Shown here one piece after another: positions 9,473 through 20,437 of a DNA stretch of 64,000 nucleotides; within the stretch, counting starts at the first letter, position 1, and every line of letters starts with the position of its first letter. Location of the stretch: the NCBI GenBank assembly GCA_965243025.1, contig CBDETY010000003.1, positions 4,352,001-4,416,000 on the forward strand, in the 5' to 3' direction. Below the pieces are notes generated by a model. The model was given only the letters and a program-made list of their open reading frames with translations, ran no database searches and had not been told where the DNA came from. The DNA comes from Candidatus Latescibacterota bacterium. Lineage in GTDB: Bacteria > Latescibacterota > UBA2968 > UBA8231. The position numbers were made by a program, and so were the translations under genes.

Positions 9473-12037
9473 ATGGGCGGCCGGATCTCCTCCGTCTGCG
9501 CAGCTCATTCAATAAAGATGTCGGTTGTTGCCGCAGCGGTGATCGGGAGCCTGGGGATGGGTTCGGCATGGGGTCAGACCGCTGTGATTCGGGGCAATCA
9601 GCTCCTCGTGGACAGGCAGTCCCACTGGGAGGAGTGGCAATTCCCGCCAGGTACGGTCGAAGTCGAAGAAGGCGGGGTCAGACCCCATTACGTCAACAAG
9701 AACATCGACGCCACCGGGGATATCGTCTTCCACCTGAAGCGGAACCCGCCGGGGGGGAAGGATCCGGCGGAGGTGACCCTTCTCGACGCGATCGACGCCG
9801 GAGTCAACAAGGGGGATGTCGCCAATCTTTTCGACGACGACGAAAGCACCTACTGGGAGCCGGAGATCGGCAGCTCCCTGACGGAATGGTGGTTCCAGGT
9901 AGACCTCGGCAGGCTCGTTTCCGCCAGGCGCATCGTGTTGAAGTTCGTCGGCGAAGGGGAAGGAGATCCGTTTCTCCAGTTTGTCGTGCTCACTTCGGAT
10001 GGAAGTGAAAGACTCAAGGGGGTTTACGGCTTCCACCGGGCTTTCCAGACCAGGCACGACAACAAGGGACAGCGGGTTTTCGAGATCGAACTGCAGCCCA
10101 CGCGCACCAATGGCGATGGAGATTTCACGGGTGACATGGTCCGCATCGTGCAGGTGGTCGTGACCGCCAGCGACGGCGAACGGGGGGCCGAGGTCACCGC
10201 TGAGGAACACTCCCTGCTCGACGACGACGACCGCGGAGCGGTGGATCACTACAGGAAAGTCGCTGACGGCGAAGTCCGTGTGAGTCAAGCCTCACACGAG
10301 TCCATGAACCCCGAGAAACGGGGACCGGTGCGGCATTTCCGCCGCGAGCGGCCCCGGCTTGCGGAGCTGGAGGTGATCAGCGTCGGAGAAAACCTGGCTC
10401 TGGGAATAAAAGACCGGGGGGGTATCGCCCTCGATTACCTCGGAGAGTCGATCTTCACGCTTATCGATGGGGACTTCGCGAGCCTCAAGAACATCAACGT
10501 CGGCGACCCGGGCACCCGCAGGCCTCTCTTCTTCGACCTGAACTCCAGCTACTGGATCGACACCTTCCAGGCCTACTACAACACCTTCCGGGCCCCGTTC
10601 GGCAATTTCATGGTTCAGACCTCGGACGGCTCGCTGGCTCCGGACGGCAGCCTCGCGTGGGTGACCCAGGTGACCGAGACGGGAGAAAACGAGTCTACGG
10701 GCGCAGACGCCTACGAGTTCACCACCTTTCCCCCGGTCCGGGCCCGCTTCGTCCAGATACTGTACTGGTCGCCGTCGCGATGGACGGAATACTACATCCC
10801 GCGAGAGCTGCAGCTGTTCGGCGAGGGGTACCAGCCCGAGGTCGAGCTGGTCACCGCCGACCCGATCCTCCTCGGGGAGTCGATGAACCTCGTCTCCGTG
10901 GAGTGGGACGCCGTCACTCCTCCCGGCTCCCGGGTGGAGATCCAGACGCGAACGGGAAACCGCCTGGCCGAGAAATACCTGTACTACAACAAAGCCGGAG
11001 TGGAAGTGACCGAGGAGGCCTACCGCCAGCTCGGCTTCTTCTCCAAGGGGGACTCGGTTGGCGTCGTCATCCCCGGCCCCGACTGGAGCGCCTGGAGCCG
11101 TCCCTACCGGGTCTCGGGGGAGCGAATTACCTCGCCCAGTCCGCGCAGCTCCCTGATGATGCGGGCGCGGCTGCTTTCCTCGGACCCCCAGGCGGCAGCC
11201 ACGCTCGAGGCCATCCGTCTCAATTTCACCGCGCCGGTAGCCTCCCAGCTTCAGGGTGAAGTGGTCCCGGCCGTCGTCGAAGCGCTGGGAGTGGAGCAGG
11301 GGTTTTCCCTGTTCGTCAAGATCAGCAGTCAGGCGGATCCCTTCGACGACATCCTTCTGGAGGCCCCGGAGGGAATCCGGCTGCAGTTCGGTCAGCTCCT
11401 GGTGGGCCGGGAGAGTCAATGGGAAAGCGAGAACGTCCAGCCGGTGGTCGACTCCGAACTTCGGGTCATGTCCACGGAAGCCGACTCGCTGTGGGTTCAA
11501 CTGAGTGAGCCCGTAATGCCCGGCACCGCCGACCTGATCGAGCTGCAGTTCAGCTCCGCGTTGTACGCACCGGGAGCGGTTTTCTCCGCCCTTGTCGGCA
11601 ACTCTAGCAGGGAGGACTCGTGGCAGCGCGTCGATGGGGGGGATGCCACCGCCCTCGCCGCGGGGGACGGGATGGTCGTGGTGGGACCGATCGGCGGCCA
11701 CAGGGTTCTCAGCGAAGTCGACGTCTCGTCCTCCGTGATGACGCCGAACGGGGACGGAGTCAACGACGAGACGACCTTCGAATTCGCGGTGATCAACCTC
11801 ACCGGATCCCAGGAAGTGGGGGTGCGGATCTACGACCTGTCCGGCCGCCTGGTGAACCGGATTACCGACGAGAGACCCGAGGTAAGCGGAGAATACAGGA
11901 TGTCCTGGGATGGCCGGGGAGCCTGGGGCGGCACGGTGGCGCCGGGAATCTACCTGGCGGCCATCGAGATCGACACGGATGACGCCGGGAGCGTCGGGAA
12001 TGTAGTGGCGCACCGGTTGGTCCACGTGGCCTACTGA
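9473..12037 (+). CDS. Large secreted protein with discoidin-like segments and a C-terminal FlgD-Ig domain (start 9473 or 9518)
   Basis: Signal peptide; C-terminal TPNGDGVND...IYDLSGRLV...WDG...PGIY. Confidence 0.8.
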   Translation: MGGRISSVCAAHSIKMSVVAAAVIGSLGMGSAWGQTAVIRGNQLLVDRQSHWEEWQFPPGTVEVEEGGVRPHYVNKNIDATGDIVFHLKRNPPGGKDPAEVTLLDAIDAGVNKGDVANLFDDDESTYWEPEIGSSLTEWWFQVDLGRLVSARRIVLKFVGEGEGDPFLQFVVLTSDGSERLKGVYGFHRAFQTRHDNKGQRVFEIELQPTRTNGDGDFTGDMVRIVQVVVTASDGERGAEVTAEEHSLLDDDDRGAVDHYRKVADGEVRVSQASHESMNPEKRGPVRHFRRERPRLAELEVISVGENLALGIKDRGGIALDYLGESIFTLIDGDFASLKNINVGDPGTRRPLFFDLNSSYWIDTFQAYYNTFRAPFGNFMVQTSDGSLAPDGSLAWVTQVTETGENESTGADAYEFTTFPPVRARFVQILYWSPSRWTEYYIPRELQLFGEGYQPEVELVTADPILLGESMNLVSVEWDAVTPPGSRVEIQTRTGNRLAEKYLYYNKAGVEVTEEAYRQLGFFSKGDSVGVVIPGPDWSAWSRPYRVSGERITSPSPRSSLMMRARLLSSDPQAAATLEAIRLNFTAPVASQLQGEVVPAVVEALGVEQGFSLFVKISSQADPFDDILLEAPEGIRLQFGQLLVGRESQWESENVQPVVDSELRVMSTEADSLWVQLSEPVMPGTADLIELQFSSALYAPGAVFSALVGNSSREDSWQRVDGGDATALAAGDGMVVVGPIGGHRVLSEVDVSSSVMTPNGDGVNDETTFEFAVINLTGSQEVGVRIYDLSGRLVNRITDERPEVSGEYRMSWDGRGAWGGTVAPGIYLAAIEIDTDDAGSVGNVVAHRLVHVAY

Positions 12038-12098
12038 ATCTTTTCCCGCTCCTGTTTGCCCGCGCAGGTCAGGCAGGCAGTCCTCGCGATGCGGAGCC

Positions 12099-14078
12099 TC
12101 AATAAGCGATGGCTACTGGACGCTGCGCGCGGTCCCTGCCGGCGTCGGTTTCGACCTCGAGCTGCAGCAGGTAGAGTCCCGGTGCCAGCGGGCCCTGGTG
12201 GCCGCTGCCATCCCAGGAAACGCTGGAAGGCCCGCTGACGGCGCCGGCTCCCGGTCCGAACCCGCCGACCTGCCGGCCCGTCAGATCGTAGACGGCGACC
12301 GATACCGGAACGGCCCCCCTCAGATTCATCAACTCGTACTCGACCCGCAGGACATCGTTGACGCCGTCTCCATTCGGCGTGAACGCACCGGAAGACAGGC
12401 TGAAACTGCGGATGGAACGATCGGGGATTTCCAGGAGGGCTACCCTTGTCCGGTTGCTGTCGTTCAACTCGTCCGCGTCCCCCTCGGAGACCGGTTGCGG
12501 AACCTCGAACGGGGCCTCGCTGTCGGAGAGCCTGGCTGTGAAGGGGGTGCCGTAGTCGAAAACCCGGGCCTGGAAGTCCAGCTCGATGAGCATTCCGTTG
12601 TGGTCCGGTCCGATTCGCGGAAGCTCCAGGGCGAAGCCGTTTTCATCCTGGCGCGTGACCGTGATGTCGAGGCCGGCGCCGTCCAGGCGGGCCCGGGGCT
12701 CGACCGCGGCGATTCGTGCGGGAGTATCGACGGCGATGACGTCGAAGCCGGGATCACCGGGCTCGATCCGGGGACGCACCTGGTAGGTGAAGGAGGTGAC
12801 CTCGCCGACGGCGGCGGCGGCGGGGGCGATCTCGCCTGTCGCCCGCGTGGCCAGGGGGGGCGAGGCCGCAAACTGCAGGTAGTCGACCCGGCCCCCCGAC
12901 CCGGGGGTCGAATGGAAGGCGACCTGGAGCTGCACGAAGCGGCGCGGGCGGGCGGCGTTCGCCGTCCCCCTCCCGGCGATGAAGTCGTAGGCGGCGTTCC
13001 AAGTCAGCCAGTTTTCCTTGTCGTGGGTGACCCTCCCCTTCTCCCCCGGTCCGAGGCGATTGTACTGGGGGCGAGTAAGGAGCCCGCCTGACTCTGAAAA
13101 GGGGACCTGCTCGTCCCCCCTGAAGGTTTTTCGCCAGAACACGTCCGGCTGGTCGTCGTCGCCGCTGCGCATGGTGATGTCGACGCGGGCCTCCGGATCT
13201 TCCCCCTCCTGTCCAGCCCAGGACAGCTCTCCCAGGTTGAGCGCTTCTCCAAGGTCGATGACGTTGGATGTATACCTCGCGAACGGGACAAAGCCGCTGG
13301 CGTAGATCTCGAACTCGGCAACCTCCCACCACAAGTCTCCAAAGCCGAAAACCTGGAAGAGCAGGCGCCGGGTGGGAATGGAGGGGAAGCTGAGATCGAC
13401 CACGGCATCGCCCGGGCCGTCGTGCGCTATGTCGAAGTCGTAGCGCGTCGCCGGGTCGACTTTGCTCCCGTACGACGGTTTGTACGGCCGGCTTCCGTCC
13501 CTGGCAGCGTCTGCGTCGTTCACGCCGATCAGGAACCGGTGAACCGGGTCCTGGCCTCCGGACCTGCACGTGGCCGCTACCCTCCAGCTGAATCCGCACG
13601 TGACGAGGGTGCCGTCATCGTGACGGGTGTAGAAACGTATGCGCTCGAGATGGACCAGCCGTTGCAGATCGAACAGGTAGGTGGTGCCCCTGTAATCGGT
13701 GTAGTAGGAATCGGCATCCTCGTCTCCCATGCGAACGGACCATCCCTGATACGAGGATCCCGTACCCTGGACGGCCTCCCACGATCTCCACCCCAGGAAA
13801 TGGAAGTTCCCGTCCAGCGTGGTGGGGGTCAGGTTCACACTGGAGTCCATGGCCTCCGGGGCGACCGCGCCGGGCTGGATATCCATGCCGACGGAGTCCC
13901 CGAAGCGTTCGGCATCGAGGTCTTCCCAGTGAAGCTGCACGAAATCGAAAGCCGCCCCTTCGAGCCCGGGCTGCGGCAGACCTTCCCCGCCGAGGCGGTA
14001 TACGGTCAGGGCGTCTCCGGAAACGGCCATGCAAACCACGGCGAAAGCGGTTGCCGGGAATGGAAGTTTCAAACGCAT
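12099..14078 (-). CDS. Secreted protein with a C-terminal FlgD-Ig domain; paralog of 9473-12037
   Basis: Signal peptide; FTPNGDGVND...VYDLTGRQV...WDG...PGLY. Confidence 0.8.
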   Translation of the reverse strand: MRLKLPFPATAFAVVCMAVSGDALTVYRLGGEGLPQPGLEGAAFDFVQLHWEDLDAERFGDSVGMDIQPGAVAPEAMDSSVNLTPTTLDGNFHFLGWRSWEAVQGTGSSYQGWSVRMGDEDADSYYTDYRGTTYLFDLQRLVHLERIRFYTRHDDGTLVTCGFSWRVAATCRSGGQDPVHRFLIGVNDADAARDGSRPYKPSYGSKVDPATRYDFDIAHDGPGDAVVDLSFPSIPTRRLLFQVFGFGDLWWEVAEFEIYASGFVPFARYTSNVIDLGEALNLGELSWAGQEGEDPEARVDITMRSGDDDQPDVFWRKTFRGDEQVPFSESGGLLTRPQYNRLGPGEKGRVTHDKENWLTWNAAYDFIAGRGTANAARPRRFVQLQVAFHSTPGSGGRVDYLQFAASPPLATRATGEIAPAAAAVGEVTSFTYQVRPRIEPGDPGFDVIAVDTPARIAAVEPRARLDGAGLDITVTRQDENGFALELPRIGPDHNGMLIELDFQARVFDYGTPFTARLSDSEAPFEVPQPVSEGDADELNDSNRTRVALLEIPDRSIRSFSLSSGAFTPNGDGVNDVLRVEYELMNLRGAVPVSVAVYDLTGRQVGGFGPGAGAVSGPSSVSWDGSGHQGPLAPGLYLLQLEVETDAGRDRAQRPVAIAY

Positions 14079-14298
14079 TTGCAGGGCTTCGATGACTCGT
14101 CGGGCGCCGGAAGCGGGCCGAAGCAGCAGGCGGCGGCAGTTCAGGAGTTAAACTCTGCTCCTCGCAGACGATCTGCAATATCCCGGTTTGACCTGAGAGG
14201 TTCCCCCAGTCCCCGGAAGAAGCGGAAACAAACCCGTGGCTGTTGCACGGGCGCGGTTCCCTTCGCAAAGCCCGGTGTCGATACCATACGAAGCAAAT

Positions 14299-15351
14299 TC
14301 AGGCCAGGAGGGACTCGTTCAGGCGGACGCCGAAGCCGGGGGCATCGCCGGGAGTCAGACAACCGTCCTCAGGTTCAGGCGCGTCCAGCCACAGCTGTTC
14401 CCGCGCCGAATGCCGGTTGCCAAGCACCAGCTCGGCCAGGTCTTCACAGGCGGTTCCGGCGATGACGTGCAGCCCCCAGGGCTCTCCGCCCCGGTGCAGA
14501 ACCACCGGCACCCCCGCCGCCCCGGCCAGCTCGACGATGCGCAGCGCCGCGGTGACGCCCCCGCACCAGGTGACGTCCGGCTGCCAGATGTCGAGCGCGC
14601 CGGCCCTGGCGATGGCGGCGAAGCGGTCCGGGGCGAGGTCGTGCTCCCCTCCCGCCAGCAGGACCGGCTTGATCTGCCGGCGCAGGTCCGCAAGCCCCTC
14701 CAGATCGTCCGGGGTCAGCGCATCCTCGAACCAGTGGACGCGGTAGGGCGCCAGGGTCCGCGCCATCTGCAGAGCCGTCGAAGCGTCCCAGGCCATGTAA
14801 CAGTCGAACATCAGCAGGGCGTCGGTTCCCAGGTGCCGGCGGGAGGCCTCCGCCGCGGCCGCGGCCCGCTCGGAGGAGCCGGAATCCTGGGGAGGGCCGA
14901 AGGGCACCTTGTGGGCGGTGAAGGACATCTCCGCATACCACTCGGGGTCGCCGCCGGATGCGTAGGCGCGGATGCGCTGCCCGGGCGCACCGCCCAGCAG
15001 CGCGTGAACCGGCTGTCTTTCCGCCCTGCCGAGAAGATCCCACAGCGCCAGGTCGACGCCGCTGAGCGCCATGCCCGCAATCCCGCCCCGGCCGTAGGGA
15101 ATGGAGGCGGCGTACAGCTTGTGCCAGAGGCGTTCGATGTCGGAGGTGCTGTTGCAGTTCTCTCCGAGCAGCAGCTCCCGCAGGTGGCGGTTGACCACCT
15201 CGACGCCGGCCAGGCCCCCTCCGCCGCAGCCGCAGCCGCTGACGCCGGCGTCGGTATCCACGCGCACGACGATCTGCCACAGGCCGGCGCGCCAGCCCTT
15301 CAGCTGCTGCCGGTAGTCGGGATACGCCGCCTGCACGTCGGTGATCTTCAT
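14299..15351 (-). CDS. Mandelate racemase/enolase-superfamily acid-sugar dehydratase (rhamnonate-dehydratase-like)
   Basis: SGVDLALWDL, LMFDCYM, WFED, GEH, QPD. Confidence 0.85.
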   Translation of the reverse strand: MKITDVQAAYPDYRQQLKGWRAGLWQIVVRVDTDAGVSGCGCGGGGLAGVEVVNRHLRELLLGENCNSTSDIERLWHKLYAASIPYGRGGIAGMALSGVDLALWDLLGRAERQPVHALLGGAPGQRIRAYASGGDPEWYAEMSFTAHKVPFGPPQDSGSSERAAAAAEASRRHLGTDALLMFDCYMAWDASTALQMARTLAPYRVHWFEDALTPDDLEGLADLRRQIKPVLLAGGEHDLAPDRFAAIARAGALDIWQPDVTWCGGVTAALRIVELAGAAGVPVVLHRGGEPWGLHVIAGTACEDLAELVLGNRHSAREQLWLDAPEPEDGCLTPGDAPGFGVRLNESLLA

Positions 15352-15632
15352 GGGGTTGTCCTGGTTTGGCGGTCTATTGTATTTGCAGTCCTTCCGCCGG
15401 GTCCAGTACGGTTTCGTCGGCTACGGGGCCAAGCGCGGAAGCGGAACCAAGTCCCGACAACCGTAAGGCACGGAAAACCACCCGGGTGCAGGAGATGAGC
15501 CAAGCCTCCGCAGCAGGTATGAACCCGGGGGAACCCTTGCGGTTGGAGGAAGGCGGTCTCCCGCGAAAAACCACATTTCCCAGGTCGTTCTGTGGAAACT
15601 GACTCGCACAGGTCCCGGAAGGAAGCTCGCTG

Positions 15633-16646
15633 ATGTACATCCAGGAACAGGTTTCCGTCGACGAGCTCGACGACGGGCATCTCAGCTTCTTCCGCGCCAT
15701 CGGGGTGGACTCGATCCACCTGGATTTGCGCGGAGGATCCCCCGCTGCCGGGCGCCGGGGCGGTACCGGATCGGCGAACACCTCGCTGGCCCGGGACTTG
15801 AAGGCCGGCAGGGACTGCACCGGCGCGTTGGCCCGGGCGCGGGAAACGGTCGAGGCCCACGGCATGAAGCTGAACAACATCTTCATGCCCGCCTGGGAGG
15901 AGATCACCCTGGCCGAGGAGGACGTCGACGAGAAGACCGGCCACTGGTGCAGGATGCTGGAGAGCGTGGGCCGGGCCGGGATTCCCTGCCTCGGCTGGAA
16001 CTTCAAGCCGATGGGCAACTTCCGCACCCCTTCGGACACGGGCCGGGGCGGTGCGCACTACAGCACGTTCGACTACGCGGTTTTCGACAGGAACCGGCCC
16101 GAACCCCACCAGCCTCCGGTGGACGAGGAGCAGATGTGGGCGCGGATGGAGCGGTTCCTGGCCGCGGCGGTCCCTGCCGCCGAAAAGGCGGGGGTGCGCA
16201 TGGCTCTGCACCCCGACGACCCGCCGATTCCCGAGCCGCTGGCAGGGGTGGCGCAGATCTGCTCCACCCTGGAGCAGTTCCGCCGGATCTTCTTCGAGAT
16301 CGCTCCGAGCGACAGCAACCGCATGCTCTTCTGCCAGGGGTGCATGACCGAGCTGCTGGGGCCGGAGAAGGTCTACGACGCGATCGCCGAAATGGCTTCC
16401 AATGGCAAGATCGCCTGGGTGCACTTCCGCAACCTGCGCGGCCGGTTGCCGCGGTTCGCCGAGGTCTTCATCGACGAGGGGGAGGTGGACATGAGGCGGG
16501 CGATGGAGGTCTACCGGGACAACGGGTTCAACGGGCCGTTCATGATGGACCACACCCCCTCGTTTGCGCATGGGTACGGACCGTTGCACGGCAAGGCGTA
16601 TGCCATCGGGTATATCCGGGCCTTGATACAGACGGTGTACGGATGA
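15633..16646 (+). CDS. uxuA: Mannonate dehydratase family
   Basis: MALHPDDPP, FCQG, VHFRN, F.E.FIDEG, DHTP. Confidence 0.8.
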   Translation: MYIQEQVSVDELDDGHLSFFRAIGVDSIHLDLRGGSPAAGRRGGTGSANTSLARDLKAGRDCTGALARARETVEAHGMKLNNIFMPAWEEITLAEEDVDEKTGHWCRMLESVGRAGIPCLGWNFKPMGNFRTPSDTGRGGAHYSTFDYAVFDRNRPEPHQPPVDEEQMWARMERFLAAAVPAAEKAGVRMALHPDDPPIPEPLAGVAQICSTLEQFRRIFFEIAPSDSNRMLFCQGCMTELLGPEKVYDAIAEMASNGKIAWVHFRNLRGRLPRFAEVFIDEGEVDMRRAMEVYRDNGFNGPFMMDHTPSFAHGYGPLHGKAYAIGYIRALIQTVYG

Positions 16647-16756
16647 ACGGGGCGTTGACCCGAGCGGTCGATCCCGGGGATTTTGGCCGTGAGCATTTCT
16701 ACGGCCCTCGACCGCAGCTGCTGTGCAGGCCCGGCAGCGGCGCTGCCGGAACGGGG

Positions 16757-17566
16757 TCATGGCCGGTAGAGCCGTGAGCCTTTGTCCTCACCCCGGTAGT
16801 GTGGCTGCGAGATGACGGCTTTCTGGGCATCGGTCAGCTCGTCGTAGAACGGCGGCGGGGCGTAGGTCCCCATCACCGATTCTCCCATGACGCCTGAGTT
16901 GTAGCGGATTACCACCGAACGCCGCTGGTGCCTGGCGGTCCACGGCAGGGCGCCGTGCATCAGGCATTCGACGAACAGTATGGCATCGCCGGCCTTCGCC
17001 GCAGGCGCGACCATCCGGTCCTGATGGGTGTGGTAGAGCCTGATATCGTCGGGGCACGGGAAGTTTGCCTTGTGGCTTCCGGGCAGGCAGGCGAACCCGC
17101 CGTCTCCAGGCTCCACATCGGTCAGCTGAACCGCCATGTTGGTCATGCCGCAGTACATGCGCCCGTTGCGGTAGAGGAAGCCGCGGGAACGGTCATGCGG
17201 TTCTCCCCCTTCGTGGAACCAGAAGCCCTCGGCTCCCCGGTCCATCGTGATGATGCCGAGCCCCTCCAGCCGGAATCCGGGTCCCAGCAATTCCTGCAGG
17301 TAGGGCGTGAGCACGGGGTGGGCGATCATTTCGCGGAACACGTCGCAGTGGGGCTTATCCCACGTCAGCATTCCGCCCAGGTCGCCGCGCCCGGCAGTCC
17401 CGCGCAAGGTTGCCGATTCGTGGGCGAGGTCGTTCGGGCGAATGCCTATCTCACCCGCGTGGTGGTCGACTGCCGCATTCGCAGCCGCGACTTCCGCCGC
17501 TGAGAGGGCTTCTTCTATCACCAGGTATCCGTGTACGTCGAACAGGTATTTTTCCGCTTCCGTCAT
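16757..17566 (-). CDS. PhyH-family dioxygenase
   Basis: YLFDVHGYLV, FHEG, PGSHK, GDAILF.E.L.HG..PW. Confidence 0.85.
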   Translation of the reverse strand: MTEAEKYLFDVHGYLVIEEALSAAEVAAANAAVDHHAGEIGIRPNDLAHESATLRGTAGRGDLGGMLTWDKPHCDVFREMIAHPVLTPYLQELLGPGFRLEGLGIITMDRGAEGFWFHEGGEPHDRSRGFLYRNGRMYCGMTNMAVQLTDVEPGDGGFACLPGSHKANFPCPDDIRLYHTHQDRMVAPAAKAGDAILFVECLMHGALPWTARHQRRSVVIRYNSGVMGESVMGTYAPPPFYDELTDAQKAVISQPHYRGEDKGSRLYRP

Positions 17567-17585
17567 GTCCTGTTTCCCCTTCTCC

Positions 17586-19742
17586 TCAGAAGCGGGAGCT
17601 GACGGTGAGGCGGAAGCTCCGGGAAGCCCCCGGGTTGCGTTCCTGGATGTCGACGTATCCGGCCTGAAGCAGGTTGGCGACCTTGGTCTGCAGGTCCATG
17701 CCCATGACCTTGAAATTCAGCCGCAGGTCGACCACGGTGAAAGCAGTGCGTTTGTCGAAGGGGAAGACGAGGACCACCTCGGGCCGGCTGCGGTAGCGCA
17801 CGTCGAGGGCGGCCGAATCCTCCAGACCGGAAAGGGTCGCGGTGACGATATGGCGCGACCGGTAGGCGAGTTGCAGGCCGGTGCCGAGATCCCTGGAATC
17901 GATGAAGAGGTAGTTCGTCTGAAGATGGAGCATGTCCGGGACCAGTTCGGCGCGCAGGCCCGTGTCGATTCCCCTGACCCTGGCTTCGACGAAGTTCTGA
18001 AACTGGAAGGTGAAGATCTCCTGATCCGGGGCGAAAGCCACCTCGATCAGGCCGGAGTACTCGCTCCAGAAAAAACCGGTGTCGAGCCAGAGCCGGTCGC
18101 TGGGGCTCGCGGTGGCCCCGATCTCCCCTGCCCAGACGGATTCGCCGCGCAACTCGAGGTTCGGGATGACGCGGTAACCGAATACGGTCGTCGAGGAATA
18201 CTGCTCCGAGACGCTCGGGGCCCGGTAGCCCCGGCTCAGCGAAGTCCGCAGGCTCAAACGGTCCACCAGATGGTATACGGCGCCGATTTTGGGATTCAGC
18301 GCCAGGTCGCTTTCGGCGAACGAAGCCCTGTGCATGTCGAGGCGGATCCCGACCGAACCCTGCAAGCGCTCGGAAAACTCGATCTCGTCCTGACCGAACA
18401 GCGCCAGGTCGGTCACGTCCGGATCCGGGTCCAGAAAGTTCGACGCCACCCCGGTGTAGGCCGCCTCTCCGCCGAGCGTCACCGTGTGCCGGTTTCCCGT
18501 GAACAGGGACAGCTGGAGATCGGTGCCGTAGCGGGTGGAACGGTGGAAGTCGTTGTTGTTGTGGAAGTGGTTCCGCGCACGCAAGTGCAGGATCTGGGGG
18601 CGCAGCTCGAACTTGAGCCTCGGGGTGACCACCGGGGTGGCGGTGAGACCGACGAGCAGGTCCGACTCCCGCTTCCAGTCCCCCAGGTAGATCGGTTCGA
18701 CTTCGAGGCGGTGCCTCTGCGACCTCCAGGTGAAGAACTCCTCCGCGTCCTCGCGCTTCCAGGTCGCAAACAGCTCCAGGGGGGTCGCCGACCTCGCCCC
18801 GAATACCGCCTTTGCCCGCAGGCGCCACCGGTCCACCTCTCCGTTCTGCCGAAAGCCGGCCGAACCCTCGCGACCCGCGAACAGCGTGGTGTGGGCGCTG
18901 CCGACCTTGCGGGAATGCTGGACCTGGATTCCCTGTAAGCTCAGGCGTTCGTCGGAGAAAACCAGTGAGTCGGGAGTGTTGAAGAGGCCGTAGTATCCCC
19001 GCACCACGGTCCGGGTTTCCTCCGGCGGCGGCCGCGTTATAATGTTGACGACGCCCCCCAGGGCGTTGGTGCCCCAGAGCGTCGAGTGCGGCCCCTTGAC
19101 GATCTCGATCCGTTCCACGTCCAGAGTCGGAAGGATCCCGAAGTCGACGGAGGAGCCCACCCCGGAGAGCGTCCGGTGGCCGTCGAGAAGCATGAGCACC
19201 CTGCTGCCCACGCCCCGCGACAGCCCGCTGGAACCGCGGATGTCCATCTGGCCGGCATTGAAGGTCACGCCCTGCGCGAAAGGAAGCGCCTCGGTGAGAT
19301 CGGCGACGCTTCGCCGCTCCAGCTCGCCGCCGCTGATCACGGCGACGCTGGTGGGGGCTTCGCCCGGGTGTGTCCCCCGGTTCGCCGTGACGGTCAGGCC
19401 CGGCACCTCGAAGTGGAGCCGCTCCATTGCGAAACGCAGCGGCTCATCCCCTGCCTCGCCCGGCTGGATCGTGCGCGCGACGGTGCGGAACCCCCCGGCG
19501 ACCACAACGAGGGTGTAGGCGCCTTCGCCGGGCAGGGGTATCTCGAAGCTCCCGTCCTCCCCCGACGAAACCCACAAGGGCGTCGAGTGCACCAGGACAT
19601 CAGCGCCGAAGACCGGCTCCCCGGTCTCGGCGTGAACGAGGATGCCGCGGACCGTCGCCGACTCCTGAGCATCCAGCCGGAGGGGGGCCAGGAACGCTGC
19701 GAGGAGAACCAGCGCGGACCAAATGCGGGCGGGCTGAGCCAT
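17586..19742 (-). CDS. TonB-dependent receptor with an N-terminal carboxypeptidase-regulatory-like domain
   Basis: Signal peptide, plug motif VERIEIVKGP.STLWG.NALGGVVNIIT, C-terminal F; start estimated. Confidence 0.85.
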   Translation of the reverse strand: MAQPARIWSALVLLAAFLAPLRLDAQESATVRGILVHAETGEPVFGADVLVHSTPLWVSSGEDGSFEIPLPGEGAYTLVVVAGGFRTVARTIQPGEAGDEPLRFAMERLHFEVPGLTVTANRGTHPGEAPTSVAVISGGELERRSVADLTEALPFAQGVTFNAGQMDIRGSSGLSRGVGSRVLMLLDGHRTLSGVGSSVDFGILPTLDVERIEIVKGPHSTLWGTNALGGVVNIITRPPPEETRTVVRGYYGLFNTPDSLVFSDERLSLQGIQVQHSRKVGSAHTTLFAGREGSAGFRQNGEVDRWRLRAKAVFGARSATPLELFATWKREDAEEFFTWRSQRHRLEVEPIYLGDWKRESDLLVGLTATPVVTPRLKFELRPQILHLRARNHFHNNNDFHRSTRYGTDLQLSLFTGNRHTVTLGGEAAYTGVASNFLDPDPDVTDLALFGQDEIEFSERLQGSVGIRLDMHRASFAESDLALNPKIGAVYHLVDRLSLRTSLSRGYRAPSVSEQYSSTTVFGYRVIPNLELRGESVWAGEIGATASPSDRLWLDTGFFWSEYSGLIEVAFAPDQEIFTFQFQNFVEARVRGIDTGLRAELVPDMLHLQTNYLFIDSRDLGTGLQLAYRSRHIVTATLSGLEDSAALDVRYRSRPEVVLVFPFDKRTAFTVVDLRLNFKVMGMDLQTKVANLLQAGYVDIQERNPGASRSFRLTVSSRF

Positions 19743-20008
19743 CCTAAGGCTCCCCGGCGGTAACGCCAGGCGGGGACTCGACGGCATCGGCCGACAGGGT
19801 ATTGCCGTCGAGGGTGAAGGTGCCGTTTGTCTCGAGACGCAGCACGCGATCCTCCCAACTGTGGGCATGGGCAAAGCCGGGTGCGTCACCCCTGCTGTTT
19901 CAGCAATAAGATACCGTTTTTGGCCCCCGAACAAGGGAAATCAGCTTCGGATCGAGGTCCCGGCCGATCGCGAAAAAGGGGGGCTGCCTCCTTCCGGAAT
20001 TCGAGTCG

Positions 20009-20323
20009 TCAGGAAACGTATCTCTGAATGCCGACGACGAGGGCTATGGTCAGGGCCGACATGAGCGCGACACCGGCGAGCACGATGGTCAGAGTCTTGC
20101 TGATGAACAGCCAGATCCCCAGGCCCATCAAAACGGTCACCACCCCGAGAAGGAAGAGCATCAACCCGACCCAGCGGCCCAACCCCTTCCTGTCGGCGAC
20201 CCGGTCCGGCTGGAGACCGGCGATCAGGCCGAACTGTTGCCTGACCCCGATCAGATAGGCGATGACGAAGAGCGGCAGGGCGGAGAGCAGCATGACCAGG
20301 AAGACAACCAGGCCTTCGTCCAT
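20009..20323 (-). CDS. Small 3-TM membrane protein, DUF3784-like
   Basis: Three hydrophobic helices, LIAG...D.KGLGRWVG. Confidence 0.6.
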   Translation of the reverse strand: MDEGLVVFLVMLLSALPLFVIAYLIGVRQQFGLIAGLQPDRVADRKGLGRWVGLMLFLLGVVTVLMGLGIWLFISKTLTIVLAGVALMSALTIALVVGIQRYVS

Positions 20324-20437
20324 ACGAGCATCCTTTCCGTCAGAGATCCCTTCTTCTCGTGATGCGGGGGCCGCCACCCCCTTCGCGGCGGCGGCGAACC
20401 CGGAGGCTGCGGCATGGTCAAGCACCCGCCCGATCGC

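Noticed and set aside
19743-20008. Cobalamin riboswitch before the TonB-dependent receptor
   Set aside because: No B12-box seen; only a 10-bp hairpin at 19777-19812
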